Origin: an uncultured Verrucomicrobiae bacterium | GTDB taxonomy: Bacteria; Verrucomicrobiota; Verrucomicrobiia; Chthoniobacterales; UBA10450 | Length of the DNA: 64,000 nucleotides | Direction: 5' to 3' | Assembly (NCBI GenBank): GCA_963735805.1 | Contig: CAVTMK010000004.1 | Coordinates: 806,878-870,877 of the forward strand | Shown: positions 21,040 to 30,879 of the stretch, in pieces | Position numbering within the stretch: position 1 is the first letter of the stretch | Layout of the letters: every line of letters begins with the position of its first letter | Made by a program: the position numbers and the translations under genes | The notes under the pieces: generated by a model | What the model was told of the DNA's origin: nothing | Database searches by the model: none | What the model saw: only the letters and a program-made list of their open reading frames with translations

Positions 21040-21393
21040 TGGAGGCGAGGGGAGTTGAACCCCTGTCCTCGTCGCTATCCGCGCAAACATCTACATGTTT
21101 ATCCGACGATAAATTCTGAGGAGCCAAGCTATGCGCCGGCACACTGCCGGCTCCCGGGCGTCCACGAAATCGATTCACGAACCGGCGCGGTCGCTCCGCC
21201 GATTCGCCAGCCTGCTGTCCACGTTTGCCGTCGTAGCAGGCGTCCCACGGCAAACGTCGCGGTCAATTAAGCCGCGAGAGCTAGACCTTCGTTGTCTGCG
21301 TTTGTTTTTTGGTCCGGTTTTTAACGAGGCCAACGAACCATCCTCGACATGCCGTCTGCGCTTCCAACGATGAGTCGAAGCCAGTACGCCCCC
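21040..21393 (-). ncRNA. ssrA: Transfer-messenger RNA; tag ORF at 21299-21267 reads ADNEGLALAA*
   Basis: 5' GGGGGCG...CTTCGAC pairs with 3' CGCCTCC-A; T-arm GGTTCAACTCC; internal tag ending LALAA-TAA; CCA not encoded. Confidence 0.95.
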
Positions 21394-21503
21394 ATTTTTG
21401 TGCTTGAACAGATACCTGTTTTTGAGGTCTTATGCAACTGGACCGCGAGCACTCCTGTGACTTGCTTGCAGAAGCGCGGCTCTGATTGAGTAAATTCCGG
21501 GAA

Positions 21504-22457
21504 ATGGCGATTGAAATAACAGCTCGATCTCTGGCCGACACGCAACAGGCGGACATCGCCTCCGGTGAAGCGGTCCGCCCCAGGGAACTTTCGGGACTTC
21601 CGGAGAGGTCGGTCTCGCTCTCTCGATTTTGGCGTCGTTCTCTGCGGTGGACGCGTCGAAACTTCAGTAGTCGCGCCAGGCTGCTTTCTGGTGGAGAGGT
21701 CGTCATTCTGTCCGCGCCGAAAAGCGGACGCACGTGGATTCGCACATTTCTTTGCGCTTACTTGTGCAAGCGTTATGGTCTCGAATTCACGCTCCAGCCG
21801 GGGCGATATGATCATCCGGGATTTCCCCGAGTCATATTCTCCCATGACCGTTTTGAGCATTGGACCAAGGGCAATCGCTGGGACCGCTTGCGCGGCAAAT
21901 ACCTCGTTCCGAGGAGAGAACTTCAAAGAGCGAAGATTATCCTCCTTGTGCGGGATCCCCGGGATTGTTTCGTTTCTCTCTACTTACAAATGACGCGACG
22001 CGATCCCAGTGCCGACGCAGCGTTGAGGCAAAAGTCCGTCAGTGAGCTATTGCGCGACAAGAGGTTTGGAATCCGCGGCATCGTTCGGGCAATGAATGAC
22101 TGGCTTGACGAATTTTCAGGCCTAAAGGACTTCACGATCGTTCGGTACGAGGCGGTGCGTGCATCTCCAGCGGAGCATTTTCGAGATTTGCTTGCCGTGG
22201 TCGGCGAACCGACACCGGATATGTCGATTTTTCAAGCGGCCCTGGAGTTTTCTCGTTTCGAGAACATGCAAAAATTGGAAGCAGCGGGGGTTTTTGATTC
22301 GAAGATCCTGCATCCGGGTGATGTGCGCGATCCGGAGTCGTTCAAAGTGCGCCGAGGAAAAGTAGGGGGCTATCGGGAATATCTTTCGGCTGAGGATCTA
22401 GAATATGCTGCCGATGCGTTGAGGGAACTCGATCCTCAACTTAGCTACAGCGCCTAA
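21504..22457 (+). CDS. PAPS-dependent sulfotransferase
   Basis: 5'-PSB SAPKSGRTW, 3'-PB RDPRDCFVS, C-terminal RRGKVGGY. Start uncertain. Confidence 0.85.
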   Translation: MAIEITARSLADTQQADIASGEAVRPRELSGLPERSVSLSRFWRRSLRWTRRNFSSRARLLSGGEVVILSAPKSGRTWIRTFLCAYLCKRYGLEFTLQPGRYDHPGFPRVIFSHDRFEHWTKGNRWDRLRGKYLVPRRELQRAKIILLVRDPRDCFVSLYLQMTRRDPSADAALRQKSVSELLRDKRFGIRGIVRAMNDWLDEFSGLKDFTIVRYEAVRASPAEHFRDLLAVVGEPTPDMSIFQAALEFSRFENMQKLEAAGVFDSKILHPGDVRDPESFKVRRGKVGGYREYLSAEDLEYAADALRELDPQLSYSA

Positions 22458-22576
22458 GGGCAGCCGCAGGACGGCTCATCTCCGAATAGGTCGGACGCAG
22501 TCCACTACTACGTAACTACGGTTAAGCCTCGACGATCCTGATCATATTTCCATCTTCTATTGAGACCAATTATGAA

Positions 22577-23536
22577 ATGAGAATAACAGCAATTATTGTA
22601 GCCTTGTTGCTTTCGGCGCCGTTTCTGCCCGCGCAGGAGAAAACGGCAATTCGGTTCGGGCATTTTCCAAATATTACGCATGCGCAGGGAGTGATTGCGC
22701 ATGCGCTGTCCCGGCAAGGCAAGGGATGGTTCGAAAAGCGCCTCGGACCCAATGTCGAGATCCAATGGTTTACTTACAATGCCGGACCTTCAGCCATGGA
22801 AGCAATCTTCGCCAGATCGCTCGACGTCACTTATGTGGGTCCGAGTCCGGCCCTTAACGCGTATTTTAGATCAAACGGCGAAGAGATTCGCGTAATCTCC
22901 GGCGCAGCCAACGCCGGTGCCGCTCTCGTGGTAAAAGCTGACTCCCCGATTAAAGCGCCGGCAGACTTTCGTGGGAAAAAGATCGCGACGCCCCAGCTAG
23001 GGAACACGCAGGACATTTCGTGCCGCGCGTGGCTCAAAGCGCATGATTTCAAGGTCACGCTGACTGGCGGCGACGTGGCCGTGATTCCCACAGCGAATCC
23101 AGATCAGTTAGCGCTTTTGCAAAAAGGTTCCGTTGATGCGGTGTGGACTGTCGAACCGTGGGTAACGCGCCTCGAACGAGACGCTAGCGCGCGCGTTTTT
23201 CTCGAAGACAAGGACACCATCACTACTTGGCTTGTCTCCAGTGTGAAGTTCCTGCGTGATCGCCGTGATTTGGCCAAGAAAATTGCGGCCGCAAACGTGA
23301 AATTGACGAACTGGATTCAGCAAAACCAAGCAGAAGCACAGAAATTATTGATTGAAGAATTGAAAGAGGAAACGCGAGCTGACTTCTCGCCGGACGCTGT
23401 GGCACAGGCATGGAAGAGAATTCAATTCACCAGCGAAGTGTCACGTGATTTGATCGCCAAGTCGGTCCAAGATGGAAAAGACGCGGGCTTTCTAAAAGGC
23501 TCGACAGACACATCCAAACTGATCGAAGCTCCGTGA
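22577..23536 (+). CDS. ABC transporter substrate-binding protein (aliphatic sulfonate/nitrate type)
   Basis: Signal peptide; FPNITHAQ, ATPQLGNTQD, EPW. Confidence 0.85.
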   Translation: MRITAIIVALLLSAPFLPAQEKTAIRFGHFPNITHAQGVIAHALSRQGKGWFEKRLGPNVEIQWFTYNAGPSAMEAIFARSLDVTYVGPSPALNAYFRSNGEEIRVISGAANAGAALVVKADSPIKAPADFRGKKIATPQLGNTQDISCRAWLKAHDFKVTLTGGDVAVIPTANPDQLALLQKGSVDAVWTVEPWVTRLERDASARVFLEDKDTITTWLVSSVKFLRDRRDLAKKIAAANVKLTNWIQQNQAEAQKLLIEELKEETRADFSPDAVAQAWKRIQFTSEVSRDLIAKSVQDGKDAGFLKGSTDTSKLIEAP

Positions 23537-24369
23537 TGCTGCGAGCAGGTCGTCGCCATTCCTCAGCTACTGAGGAGCTCCAGGTCATCACGCCCTCGAA
23601 GCTTGCCATCGAGAACGTATCGAAAAGCTTTAGAGGCGCGTCCGGACCCGTCCTTGCCCTCGATCGGGTTAGCCTGAATGTTGCCGAAGCTGAATTTGTT
23701 TGTTTGGTCGGTGCGAGCGGCTGTGGCAAAACGACCTTGCTCAATATCATCGCTGGCCTGGAAAAGCCGGACAGCGGAATGGTCCTGGCAGACGGCAAGC
23801 CGGTGACTGGCCCTGGTCGCGAGCGACTCGTGATGTTTCAGGAGCCTGCGCTTTTCCCATGGCTGGACGTCTTTGGAAATGTTCTCTTCGGACTAAAGCT
23901 CAAACCAAACCTGACAAACCGAGACCGACGCGAGGTTGCCAAATATTACTTAGAGCTCGTCGGCCTCAGTCGGTTCCAACACGCAAACATTCATGAACTT
24001 TCCGGTGGAATGAAGCAGCGCGTCTCATTGGCTCGCGCTCTGGCGCCCAATCCGCGCGTGCTTCTCATGGACGAGCCGTTTGCCGCGCTCGACGCACTAA
24101 CCCGCGAGCAACTTTACGGCGACATCCAGGAGATCTGGAAGGCACGTCGTAAGACTATTGTTTTCGTTACGCATAATGTTCGTGAGGCCGCGTGTCTGGG
24201 CAATCGTGTTCTGCTTTTTTCGCCGCATCCCGGGCGCGTTCAGGAAGAATTCACCGTGAATCTACCGCGACCGCGCGACATTAACAGCGTTGATCTTGCC
24301 GCTCACGCCACACGAATCACCAAAGCCCTCAGGAGCGTGGGGCAAGCTGGCGCTGTTGTTGCCCAATGA
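23533..24369 (+). CDS. ABC transporter ATP-binding protein (TauB/SsuB type)
   Basis: GASGCGKT, LSGGMKQR, LLMDEPFAALD, VTHN. Confidence 0.95.
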   Translation: MMLRAGRRHSSATEELQVITPSKLAIENVSKSFRGASGPVLALDRVSLNVAEAEFVCLVGASGCGKTTLLNIIAGLEKPDSGMVLADGKPVTGPGRERLVMFQEPALFPWLDVFGNVLFGLKLKPNLTNRDRREVAKYYLELVGLSRFQHANIHELSGGMKQRVSLARALAPNPRVLLMDEPFAALDALTREQLYGDIQEIWKARRKTIVFVTHNVREAACLGNRVLLFSPHPGRVQEEFTVNLPRPRDINSVDLAAHATRITKALRSVGQAGAVVAQ

Positions 24370-25133
24370 AACGCCTCCTGCTGGCAGCTGCTTTTTTCGC
24401 TGCTCTCGTTCTGCTCTGGGAAGGAGCGTTTCGTGCAAAATTTTGGTCGCCCGTGTTGCTGCCGTCCCCCGGTCAGGTCGTCACGTATCTGGAGGGCGCT
24501 GCTGCTGATGGCACCCTGTTTAAAGCAACAGTGATAACAATGCGTCGCTTGATCGTCGGTTACGTGATCGGACTGATAATGGGCCTTCCACTTGGGCTTC
24601 TCACGGCGCGGTGGAAACTGTTTCACGACACAATTGGGACTCTTGCCCTTGGGTTACAAACATTGCCTAGCGTCTGCTGGGTGCCGCTTGCGCTCTTGTG
24701 GTTTGGCCAAACAGAAGCGGCCATGCTTTTCGTAGTGGTGATGGGAACTCTCTGGTCGGTGATCATCGCAACCGAGACTGGCGTACGCAATGTTCCGCCA
24801 ATCTATCGCCGCGCCGCTCTAACCATGGGATCCAAGCGATTACACATGTGGTTCAAAGTGATCCTGCCTGCCGCGCTTCCCTTTATTGTTAGCGGTATGA
24901 AGCAAGGATGGGCTTTTGCCTGGCGTTCGTTGATGGCTGCTGAGATTTTCGTGACAATCCTGACCGGTTTTGGCTTGGGCCAGCTGCTTCATTACGGCCG
25001 TGAACTCAGCGCCATGGAGCAGGTCATCGGGATCATGATTGTGATTGTTGTGATTGGCCTGCTGGCTGACAAAATTTTCTTCTCACCGATTGAAAAGTTT
25101 CTGCATCGGCGCTGGGGGACGAGCCAGGCATGA
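24366..25133 (+). CDS. ABC transporter permease (TauC/SsuC type)
   Basis: Several TM helices; ILPAALP, AWRSLMAAE. Confidence 0.9.
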   Translation: MKRLLLAAAFFAALVLLWEGAFRAKFWSPVLLPSPGQVVTYLEGAAADGTLFKATVITMRRLIVGYVIGLIMGLPLGLLTARWKLFHDTIGTLALGLQTLPSVCWVPLALLWFGQTEAAMLFVVVMGTLWSVIIATETGVRNVPPIYRRAALTMGSKRLHMWFKVILPAALPFIVSGMKQGWAFAWRSLMAAEIFVTILTGFGLGQLLHYGRELSAMEQVIGIMIVIVVIGLLADKIFFSPIEKFLHRRWGTSQA

Positions 25134-25432
25134 GACTCGGTCAGAGAAGATTGCCCACGTTGGCACGACGTGAAGTGCGTATCGCCAACAAGCTCGGATT
25201 GCACGCACGGCCCGCAGCGCAATTCGTTAAACGGGTGAGAAGCTTTCGGTCAGAAGTCTGGGTGATAAAAGCGGGCAAGCGGTATTCCGCCTCCAGCCTC
25301 ATCGATGTTCTGCGTGCTAACCTCGATTGCGGTGCGATGGCTACACTCGAAGCACACGGCGTCGACGCAGACGAAGCGTTGAAGAATCTGGAGAAATTAC
25401 TCGCGGAATTGCACGAAAGGGAAACTGACTAG
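25130..25432 (+). CDS. HPr family phosphocarrier protein
   Basis: GLHARPAA His15 motif; G.DADEAL C-terminus; ATGA overlap with the permease. Confidence 0.9.
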   Translation: MRLGQRRLPTLARREVRIANKLGLHARPAAQFVKRVRSFRSEVWVIKAGKRYSASSLIDVLRANLDCGAMATLEAHGVDADEALKNLEKLLAELHERETD

Positions 25433-26316
25433 CGCAATGGGCGCGCCACCAGGATTCCGCTGTCCGAGCCGTAACGATAGAGATATTTCGAAAGCTCTGA
25501 GTCTACGACCACGTGGCCGTAATTGCTGGGCGAAGACGCGTGCATGAAATGCAAGACGCCATCACTTGTGCGCAGCGCCAGGCCCACGTGTGCGGTCGAA
25601 CGAAGTCCACCACGGTCACGCGAAATTATCCCGATGATGTCCCCACTGCGCAGTTTCGGTTCAATCCGAGCGACCTCGCTTTTTGGAATTTCGTAGAGAG
25701 GCCGGGCTGAAACGTTTGCTTCCATGCGCGCCAGCGGCCCGAGGAGCGAACGGTTTGCAGCGAGATAACGGTAATGTCGCCAACCGGCGGTCATCTCGCG
25801 TGCGGAATGCGGTACGCTTCGCCCGCCAAGGTCGCGCGTCAGATCTTCTACGAGGCCACGACGATTGTTATCGTACAGCCAGTCTTCCAGGTAATGGAGA
25901 CGAGAAAGATATTCGCCTGTGCATTCGCCGCCGCGATAACGGTCCAACTCGATGTAATGCAACAGGCGCTCCGGGGTCCAGTTCGATTCCGGCTCGTTAA
26001 GCATTCGGGCGAAACCGAGCGCTATCTCGAAAAAGGTCCAGCAATCCATTCCTTGAAAATTTACTGACGGCGACTCGATACGGTTATCGATCTCAAGAGT
26101 GAAATGTTTGTAACGCGTTCCTACCAACGCCTGTCCGACTGCGGCGGTCCTTTCTCCAATGGGCAAGGCTTTCCAATTGCCGGCTTTAGCCTTTACAACA
26201 AGTCGATTGAACTGATCCTGCCCCTTGAAAACGGTTGTAAACGGCAAGCGCGATTCAGACGCGATCGCCACCGAACAAAGTATAAACAGGGGAACGAGGA
26301 CCTTCCAACTTCGCAT
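25429..26316 (-). CDS. DUF1460 / AmiA-like NlpC-P60-fold amidase
   Basis: DCWTFFE, RLHYLEDW, HVG, HAS; signal peptide. Confidence 0.85.
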   Translation of the reverse strand: MRSWKVLVPLFILCSVAIASESRLPFTTVFKGQDQFNRLVVKAKAGNWKALPIGERTAAVGQALVGTRYKHFTLEIDNRIESPSVNFQGMDCWTFFEIALGFARMLNEPESNWTPERLLHYIELDRYRGGECTGEYLSRLHYLEDWLYDNNRRGLVEDLTRDLGGRSVPHSAREMTAGWRHYRYLAANRSLLGPLARMEANVSARPLYEIPKSEVARIEPKLRSGDIIGIISRDRGGLRSTAHVGLALRTSDGVLHFMHASSPSNYGHVVVDSELSKYLYRYGSDSGILVARPLR

Positions 26317-26349
26317 AGCGGGGACAACTCAATCCGAAATGAATAAACT

Positions 26350-26452
26350 AACAAGGTTAAAAAGCTTACAAAGTGAAAACGTTAAAAAAGAGCGCGCAAT
26401 CGCAGTGCCTGCTAGATTTGGTAACGTTTTAGCCCTTTTAACTTTTTAACTG
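26350..26452. repeat. Inverted arrays of degenerate GTTAAAAA-type octamers
   Basis: ggttaaaa-agcttaca-aagtgaaa-acgttaaa ... gtaacgtt-ttagccct-tttaactt-tttaactg. Confidence 0.6.
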
Positions 26453-26463
26453 TCTCATATCGT

Positions 26464-27432
26464 TTGCGCGTCGTGCCAATTCGTTTTCCAGGAAAAAGCC
26501 GGAGAAACATTGTTCGCCAATCGTCGGACAACGCGACTGCCAAGCGTTCTACCCGCGTCCGGCTGCGTCCACGAGCCGATTGGCATAAACGCAATTTTCT
26601 TACCAGCGTCCTGATCCCGTCGCTTTTTGTTAAACGCGCGGGTGGTAATGCGCTGCCTCCTCCACAATTTCCAAAAATCCGCGAGGGCGAGATTTGCATT
26701 ACCTGGATCGGTCACGCGTCATTTCTTGTTCAGACCCACGAAGTCAATGTCTTGATTGACCCAAACTGGTCGATGTGGCTCAAGGTTATTAAGCGCCTTA
26801 AGCAACCCGGTTTCGAGATTCATCATTTGCCTTCGATTGATTTCGTTCTGGTGACTCACGCCCACTTCGATCATCTCGACCGGCGCACGCTGCGGCGCGT
26901 CGCCGCCGATCAGCCAATCGTTGTGCCGATGGGCGTGGGAAACCTGGTGCATGATCTTGGTTTCCAAATTGTGCACGAGCTGGATTACTGGCAGACAGTC
27001 GAGATGGGCCCGCTCAAAATTTCGCTCACACCCTGTCATCACTGGGGCGCGCGATTTCTGGCGGATTTGCATCGCGACTTTGGCGGATTCGTCATCGCCG
27101 CAAATGGCCGCACGATTTTTCATTGCGGCGATAGCGCGTATTTTCCCGGCTTTAAAGAAATCGGTGACCGCTACAGTATCGACGTTGCGCTGCTTCCGAT
27201 TGGAGCTTATGAAGCGCCCACGGGCCGCGAAGTTCACATGAATCCAGAGGAGGCGGTGAAAGCCTTTCTGGAACTCGGCGCGAAGACTTTGATCCCGATG
27301 CACTATGGAACTTTTCGCCTCGGCTTTGAACCGTTGCACGAACCACCGCAGCGTTTGCTCAAATCTGCTCGCGAACATGGGATCGAGAAGAAAGTCCTCG
27401 TGATGACCGAGGGGAAACCCGTCGTGTTATGA
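26464..27432 (+). CDS. MBL-fold metallo-hydrolase (NAPE-PLD/RomA-like)
   Basis: WIGHASF, THAHFDHLD, GDSAY, LPIGAY, PMHYGTF. Start uncertain. Confidence 0.9.
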   Translation: MRVVPIRFPGKSRRNIVRQSSDNATAKRSTRVRLRPRADWHKRNFLTSVLIPSLFVKRAGGNALPPPQFPKIREGEICITWIGHASFLVQTHEVNVLIDPNWSMWLKVIKRLKQPGFEIHHLPSIDFVLVTHAHFDHLDRRTLRRVAADQPIVVPMGVGNLVHDLGFQIVHELDYWQTVEMGPLKISLTPCHHWGARFLADLHRDFGGFVIAANGRTIFHCGDSAYFPGFKEIGDRYSIDVALLPIGAYEAPTGREVHMNPEEAVKAFLELGAKTLIPMHYGTFRLGFEPLHEPPQRLLKSAREHGIEKKVLVMTEGKPVVL

Positions 27433-27713
27433 AGAGAAAAATGCCGAACGCCCAACGTCGAACGCCCAACGCCCAAGTAAGAAAACAGAGAACGTTAACG
27501 CGAAACGCGTGCGGATCCGATTCAGTGTTTAACGTTGAGCGTTCCGCGTTCGGCGAGCCAGCGAATTCAAATTACGGCGCGAGGAATGGTAGGAGATATG
27601 ATCTTGAGGAAAAATTACTCGATGTTGTCCAGTGGTGCCTAAATGAAATAGAGGAACTAGTCAGAATTTTCACAGCAAGAGTTAAGACGGCAGAAAGAAA
27701 CGCGAAGCTATGA
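27429..27713 (+). pseudogene. Internally deleted four-helix-bundle (IVS/TIGR02436-like) gene remnant
   Basis: YDLEEKLL N-terminal motif joined almost directly to ELVRIFTARVKTA C-terminal motif. Confidence 0.6.
27447..27474 (+). repeat. Heptamer tandem array (AACGCCC)n, left arm
   Basis: aacgccc-aacgtcg-aacgccc-aacgccc. Confidence 0.85.
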
Positions 27714-27734
27714 ATAGCTCCTCCGAATTTAGAA

Positions 27735-27764
27735 TTGGGCATTGGGCGTTGGGCGTTGGGCGTT
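27735..27764 (-). repeat. Heptamer tandem array (TTGGGCG)n, inverted relative to 27447-27474
   Basis: ttgggca-ttgggcg-ttgggcg-ttgggcg. Confidence 0.85.
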
Positions 27765-27775
27765 TGCTGTCTTAG

Positions 27776-29968
27776 ATGTCCGAGCCGCGCTCTAAGCGTT
27801 CCGATTTTCTGGGCGCACTCTCAGCCGGATTACTCGTCGTCTTCTTTTGCCTGATCCTTCTCTGGCACAATCAGCTCGTTTTTTGGAACGACGATTACGA
27901 GTTGTCTGTCCTTCCCGTGTTCGCAGATATGGCCCGCAGCTGGTCCGGAGGCAGTTGGCCAATCTTAAGCCCCTATTCGTGGGTCTGCGGCAATCTTGCT
28001 GGTGAATTTCAATATGGGGTGTTTTCGGTTTTTGTGAACGCAGTCATCATCGCTGTCTGGAAATTCTCGTTCGCGTTTCCTCAGCAAGCAGCAGCCATTT
28101 CTATTGCACATCTTTTCGCTCTGGCGGTCGGCGCGTTTTTGCTCGCGCGCGATCGCCAATTTTCAGTTCCATTGTCGATCTTTGTCGCGCTGGTGGCTTC
28201 CTTGAACGGTTGGATAATCTGTTGGGGCGCGACCGATTGGTTCGGCGCACTGGGTGCTTTCACATGGTTGCCCTGGGCATGGTGGGGCGCGGAGCGGGCG
28301 CTCGATCCAGGCCGAAGTAAATTGAGGTTTCTGTGGCCGGCGCCCTTTGTTTACCTCCTCGTGACCGGTGGGTTTCCCTACACGGTTTTGATGTTCCTGC
28401 TGTTGATCGTATGGCTGGTAATCAAGTCGCTCGCCGGAACGCGACGCATTTTCTCGATTGTGCCAATGCTCTTCGGTGTGGCACTCGGCTTTGGACTGTC
28501 CGCTCCTGCATGGCTGGCGATCCTTGATTTGGTTCAGGGTTCAGCGCGCGAATTACAGCCAGCGAGAGCGCATTGGCAATGGCTTGTTCCACCAGCGGCT
28601 TTGCCCGGCCTAATCTTGCCATGCTGGACCGTCAATTGGGCCGATTTTTCCAATCGTTACTTGCCACACACGGCAACGGAGCTGGCGTGCGGACTTGTTG
28701 CTCCGGCAGCCCTCATCGGAGGAATCTTCTCGCGGGGGCGCACGCTCATAAGGCAGATTAACTGGGAACTAGCCTTACTCCTGCTAGTGCTTTTGCTCTC
28801 GATGCTGCCAATGGCTGGTCTGTTTCGGTGGAGTTTTCGCTGGTTGCCTTTCTCTCATTTGATTCTTGCGATCTGTGCAGCGGAAGCCTTGCGATCGTTT
28901 CAAAATTCGAGAAAGCCGTGGTCTGCGATCCCGGCTATAACGGCATTTATTTTGGTAATTTTAACAGTCGTCGCAATTTTGATCTTTCGTGCCGGCGGGC
29001 AGTACGCATTTCCATTGGTTTGGATTTTTGTTGGACTCGCTGCACTCTGGTTCTTGTTGGAATTCTTATTGCCGGATTCGGGTTTTCGACAATGCGCGCC
29101 TGCCATGACCACGTTTTGTGCCTTGTTGGCAACATATCTTTGCATCCCGACAAACGGCGGTGTCCCGACGTACAATTTTTCTCAAAACTTGCTTAAACCA
29201 GAACCGCTCGATCCAACTCGACTTTATCTGAGCATTTATCCATGGGCGGAGCTGACATATTGCGTTTCAAACAAACCACAGTCGGTTGGCCAGACTCTCC
29301 GTCCTGGTAGCACATCAATGTGGGCTGAATTGCATTTCATCAACGGTTATAGCCCGGTTCGCGCGGCTGGCGTGGCGCGAGAATTCGCAACCTCGATTCA
29401 CGGTGAGATCAATCCCGAGGTCGGAGGTCATTTACTCAATTCCGAGGCTGGTAAGGACGGCGAACTGGCTTTGTTAGGCGTGGATGGAATTGTTGTTGCG
29501 CGAGAACTAGATCTCACGCCCCAGCCGAGTTCCGAATGGGAGTTGGCTGTTTCAACGGATGAAGGACGAGTCTTCCATCGACGTGGTGCTCCATTCGCGC
29601 GAGTGCGTTCGATTGCTTCCATTGATTCGCGGCCGGGCGAGCAATTTGTCACAGCAACTGTTTCGCAAATCAAGGATTCGCGGAATCGCGTGGAAGCGGA
29701 TGTGGACGCCCCCAATCCGAGTCGTCCGGCTTTGCTTACTTTTTCGCGTCCATATTTTCGCGGATACCAAGCATGGCTTGGCGATCGGAAGCTTCCCGTC
29801 ACATCCTATCGCGGATTGTTTCCAATTGTTGAGATCCCAGCCGGCGCCCATGGACGACTGGCTCTGATTTATCGACCAGTCTGGCTCATTTGGGGAGGTG
29901 CGACCGCTGTCTTTTGCGTTCTTGTAATCTTTCTCGCATTCGTTTTGAGAGGCAGAGCGACTAACTGA
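27776..29968 (+). CDS. Polytopic membrane protein, YfhO-like GT-C glycosyltransferase
   Basis: About 12 or more TM segments; acidic WNDD loop after TM1; YfhO-type C-terminal domain (SRPYFRGYQA...VEIPAGAH...IYRP) and a final TM helix. Confidence 0.65.
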   Translation: MSEPRSKRSDFLGALSAGLLVVFFCLILLWHNQLVFWNDDYELSVLPVFADMARSWSGGSWPILSPYSWVCGNLAGEFQYGVFSVFVNAVIIAVWKFSFAFPQQAAAISIAHLFALAVGAFLLARDRQFSVPLSIFVALVASLNGWIICWGATDWFGALGAFTWLPWAWWGAERALDPGRSKLRFLWPAPFVYLLVTGGFPYTVLMFLLLIVWLVIKSLAGTRRIFSIVPMLFGVALGFGLSAPAWLAILDLVQGSARELQPARAHWQWLVPPAALPGLILPCWTVNWADFSNRYLPHTATELACGLVAPAALIGGIFSRGRTLIRQINWELALLLLVLLLSMLPMAGLFRWSFRWLPFSHLILAICAAEALRSFQNSRKPWSAIPAITAFILVILTVVAILIFRAGGQYAFPLVWIFVGLAALWFLLEFLLPDSGFRQCAPAMTTFCALLATYLCIPTNGGVPTYNFSQNLLKPEPLDPTRLYLSIYPWAELTYCVSNKPQSVGQTLRPGSTSMWAELHFINGYSPVRAAGVAREFATSIHGEINPEVGGHLLNSEAGKDGELALLGVDGIVVARELDLTPQPSSEWELAVSTDEGRVFHRRGAPFARVRSIASIDSRPGEQFVTATVSQIKDSRNRVEADVDAPNPSRPALLTFSRPYFRGYQAWLGDRKLPVTSYRGLFPIVEIPAGAHGRLALIYRPVWLIWGGATAVFCVLVIFLAFVLRGRATN

Positions 29969-30009
29969 TTTTTTGCAGTGGCTTTGTGAGCTGCGGCAAA
30001 TCTTTAGAT

Positions 30010-30799
30010 TCACATCCGCCCGATGATACGAGTGAGCCTATTGTTCTTTTTTCTTTTGAGCTTCAGATAGCTTTCTGTCCACTCCTGCGAGATCCGAGTG
30101 GCTTGCTTTTCAACGGTTGGTGGTGGGATTTCCATGCCCAACGGAATGGGCAATCGTAAAAATTCCAGAACGCGCTCCGCAGCAGTGCGGTGAGAAGCGA
30201 CAACGTCTTCGTAAAAAAGAACCAGAGGCTCAATTTGATTTTCACGAAAATAATTTTCCCAGCCTGCTTCGTGCGCCGCGATCCGGTTGCACCATTCGTC
30301 GATGACTTTGAAATCAAATTTGGGGAGAACCCGTGACGGCAGTTTCTCCTCCCCTGTTTGTGCCCAGATGCCTGTCTGGCAGGCTATAGCCCACGACACC
30401 GCCTGCTCGACATGGTTCCGGCGGCGCATCCAGATGTATTTTGGCTTGTTTAGAACAGCCGCGAGAAGCTGTGCTCCTTTAAGATTTTTGTATGCCGGAA
30501 TTTCCTGTAACATCTGGAACATTCGTTCGAAATAACTCCACATCACGACGGTACCCGAAGACCCCGTTGATTGCGGTATTTTGCCATAGGACGCGTTGCA
30601 CATAGACGTCGCGCGATGGCGCGCCCCACCGTTTTTCCCAGGTTTCTCCGGGCTTCGACAAAAAATACTCCTCCGGCGATCCGGCTACGCCAGTGCTTCG
30701 GAGGATGCTACAAAGCAAATGCGTTCCGCTGCGCTGGACGGAAGCAATCACGTAAGAAATTGCCGGGTTCACTTGTCGGAATGGATGATTGTAGGGCAT
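30010..30799 (-). CDS. Stf0-family sulfotransferase, split by a +1 frameshift
   Basis: QRSGTHLLC...GSPEEYF in one frame; RRRNHVEQAVSW, YED, KQA in the other. Removing one C from the run at 30554-30556 restores NGVFGTVVMW. Confidence 0.8.
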
Positions 30800-30879
30800 G
30801 CACCTCGCTTGCCCAACCATGAACTCGTCCTGGCAAGCGCGCTTCCCCTACGATCACTGCGCGCTTGACACAAACACCT

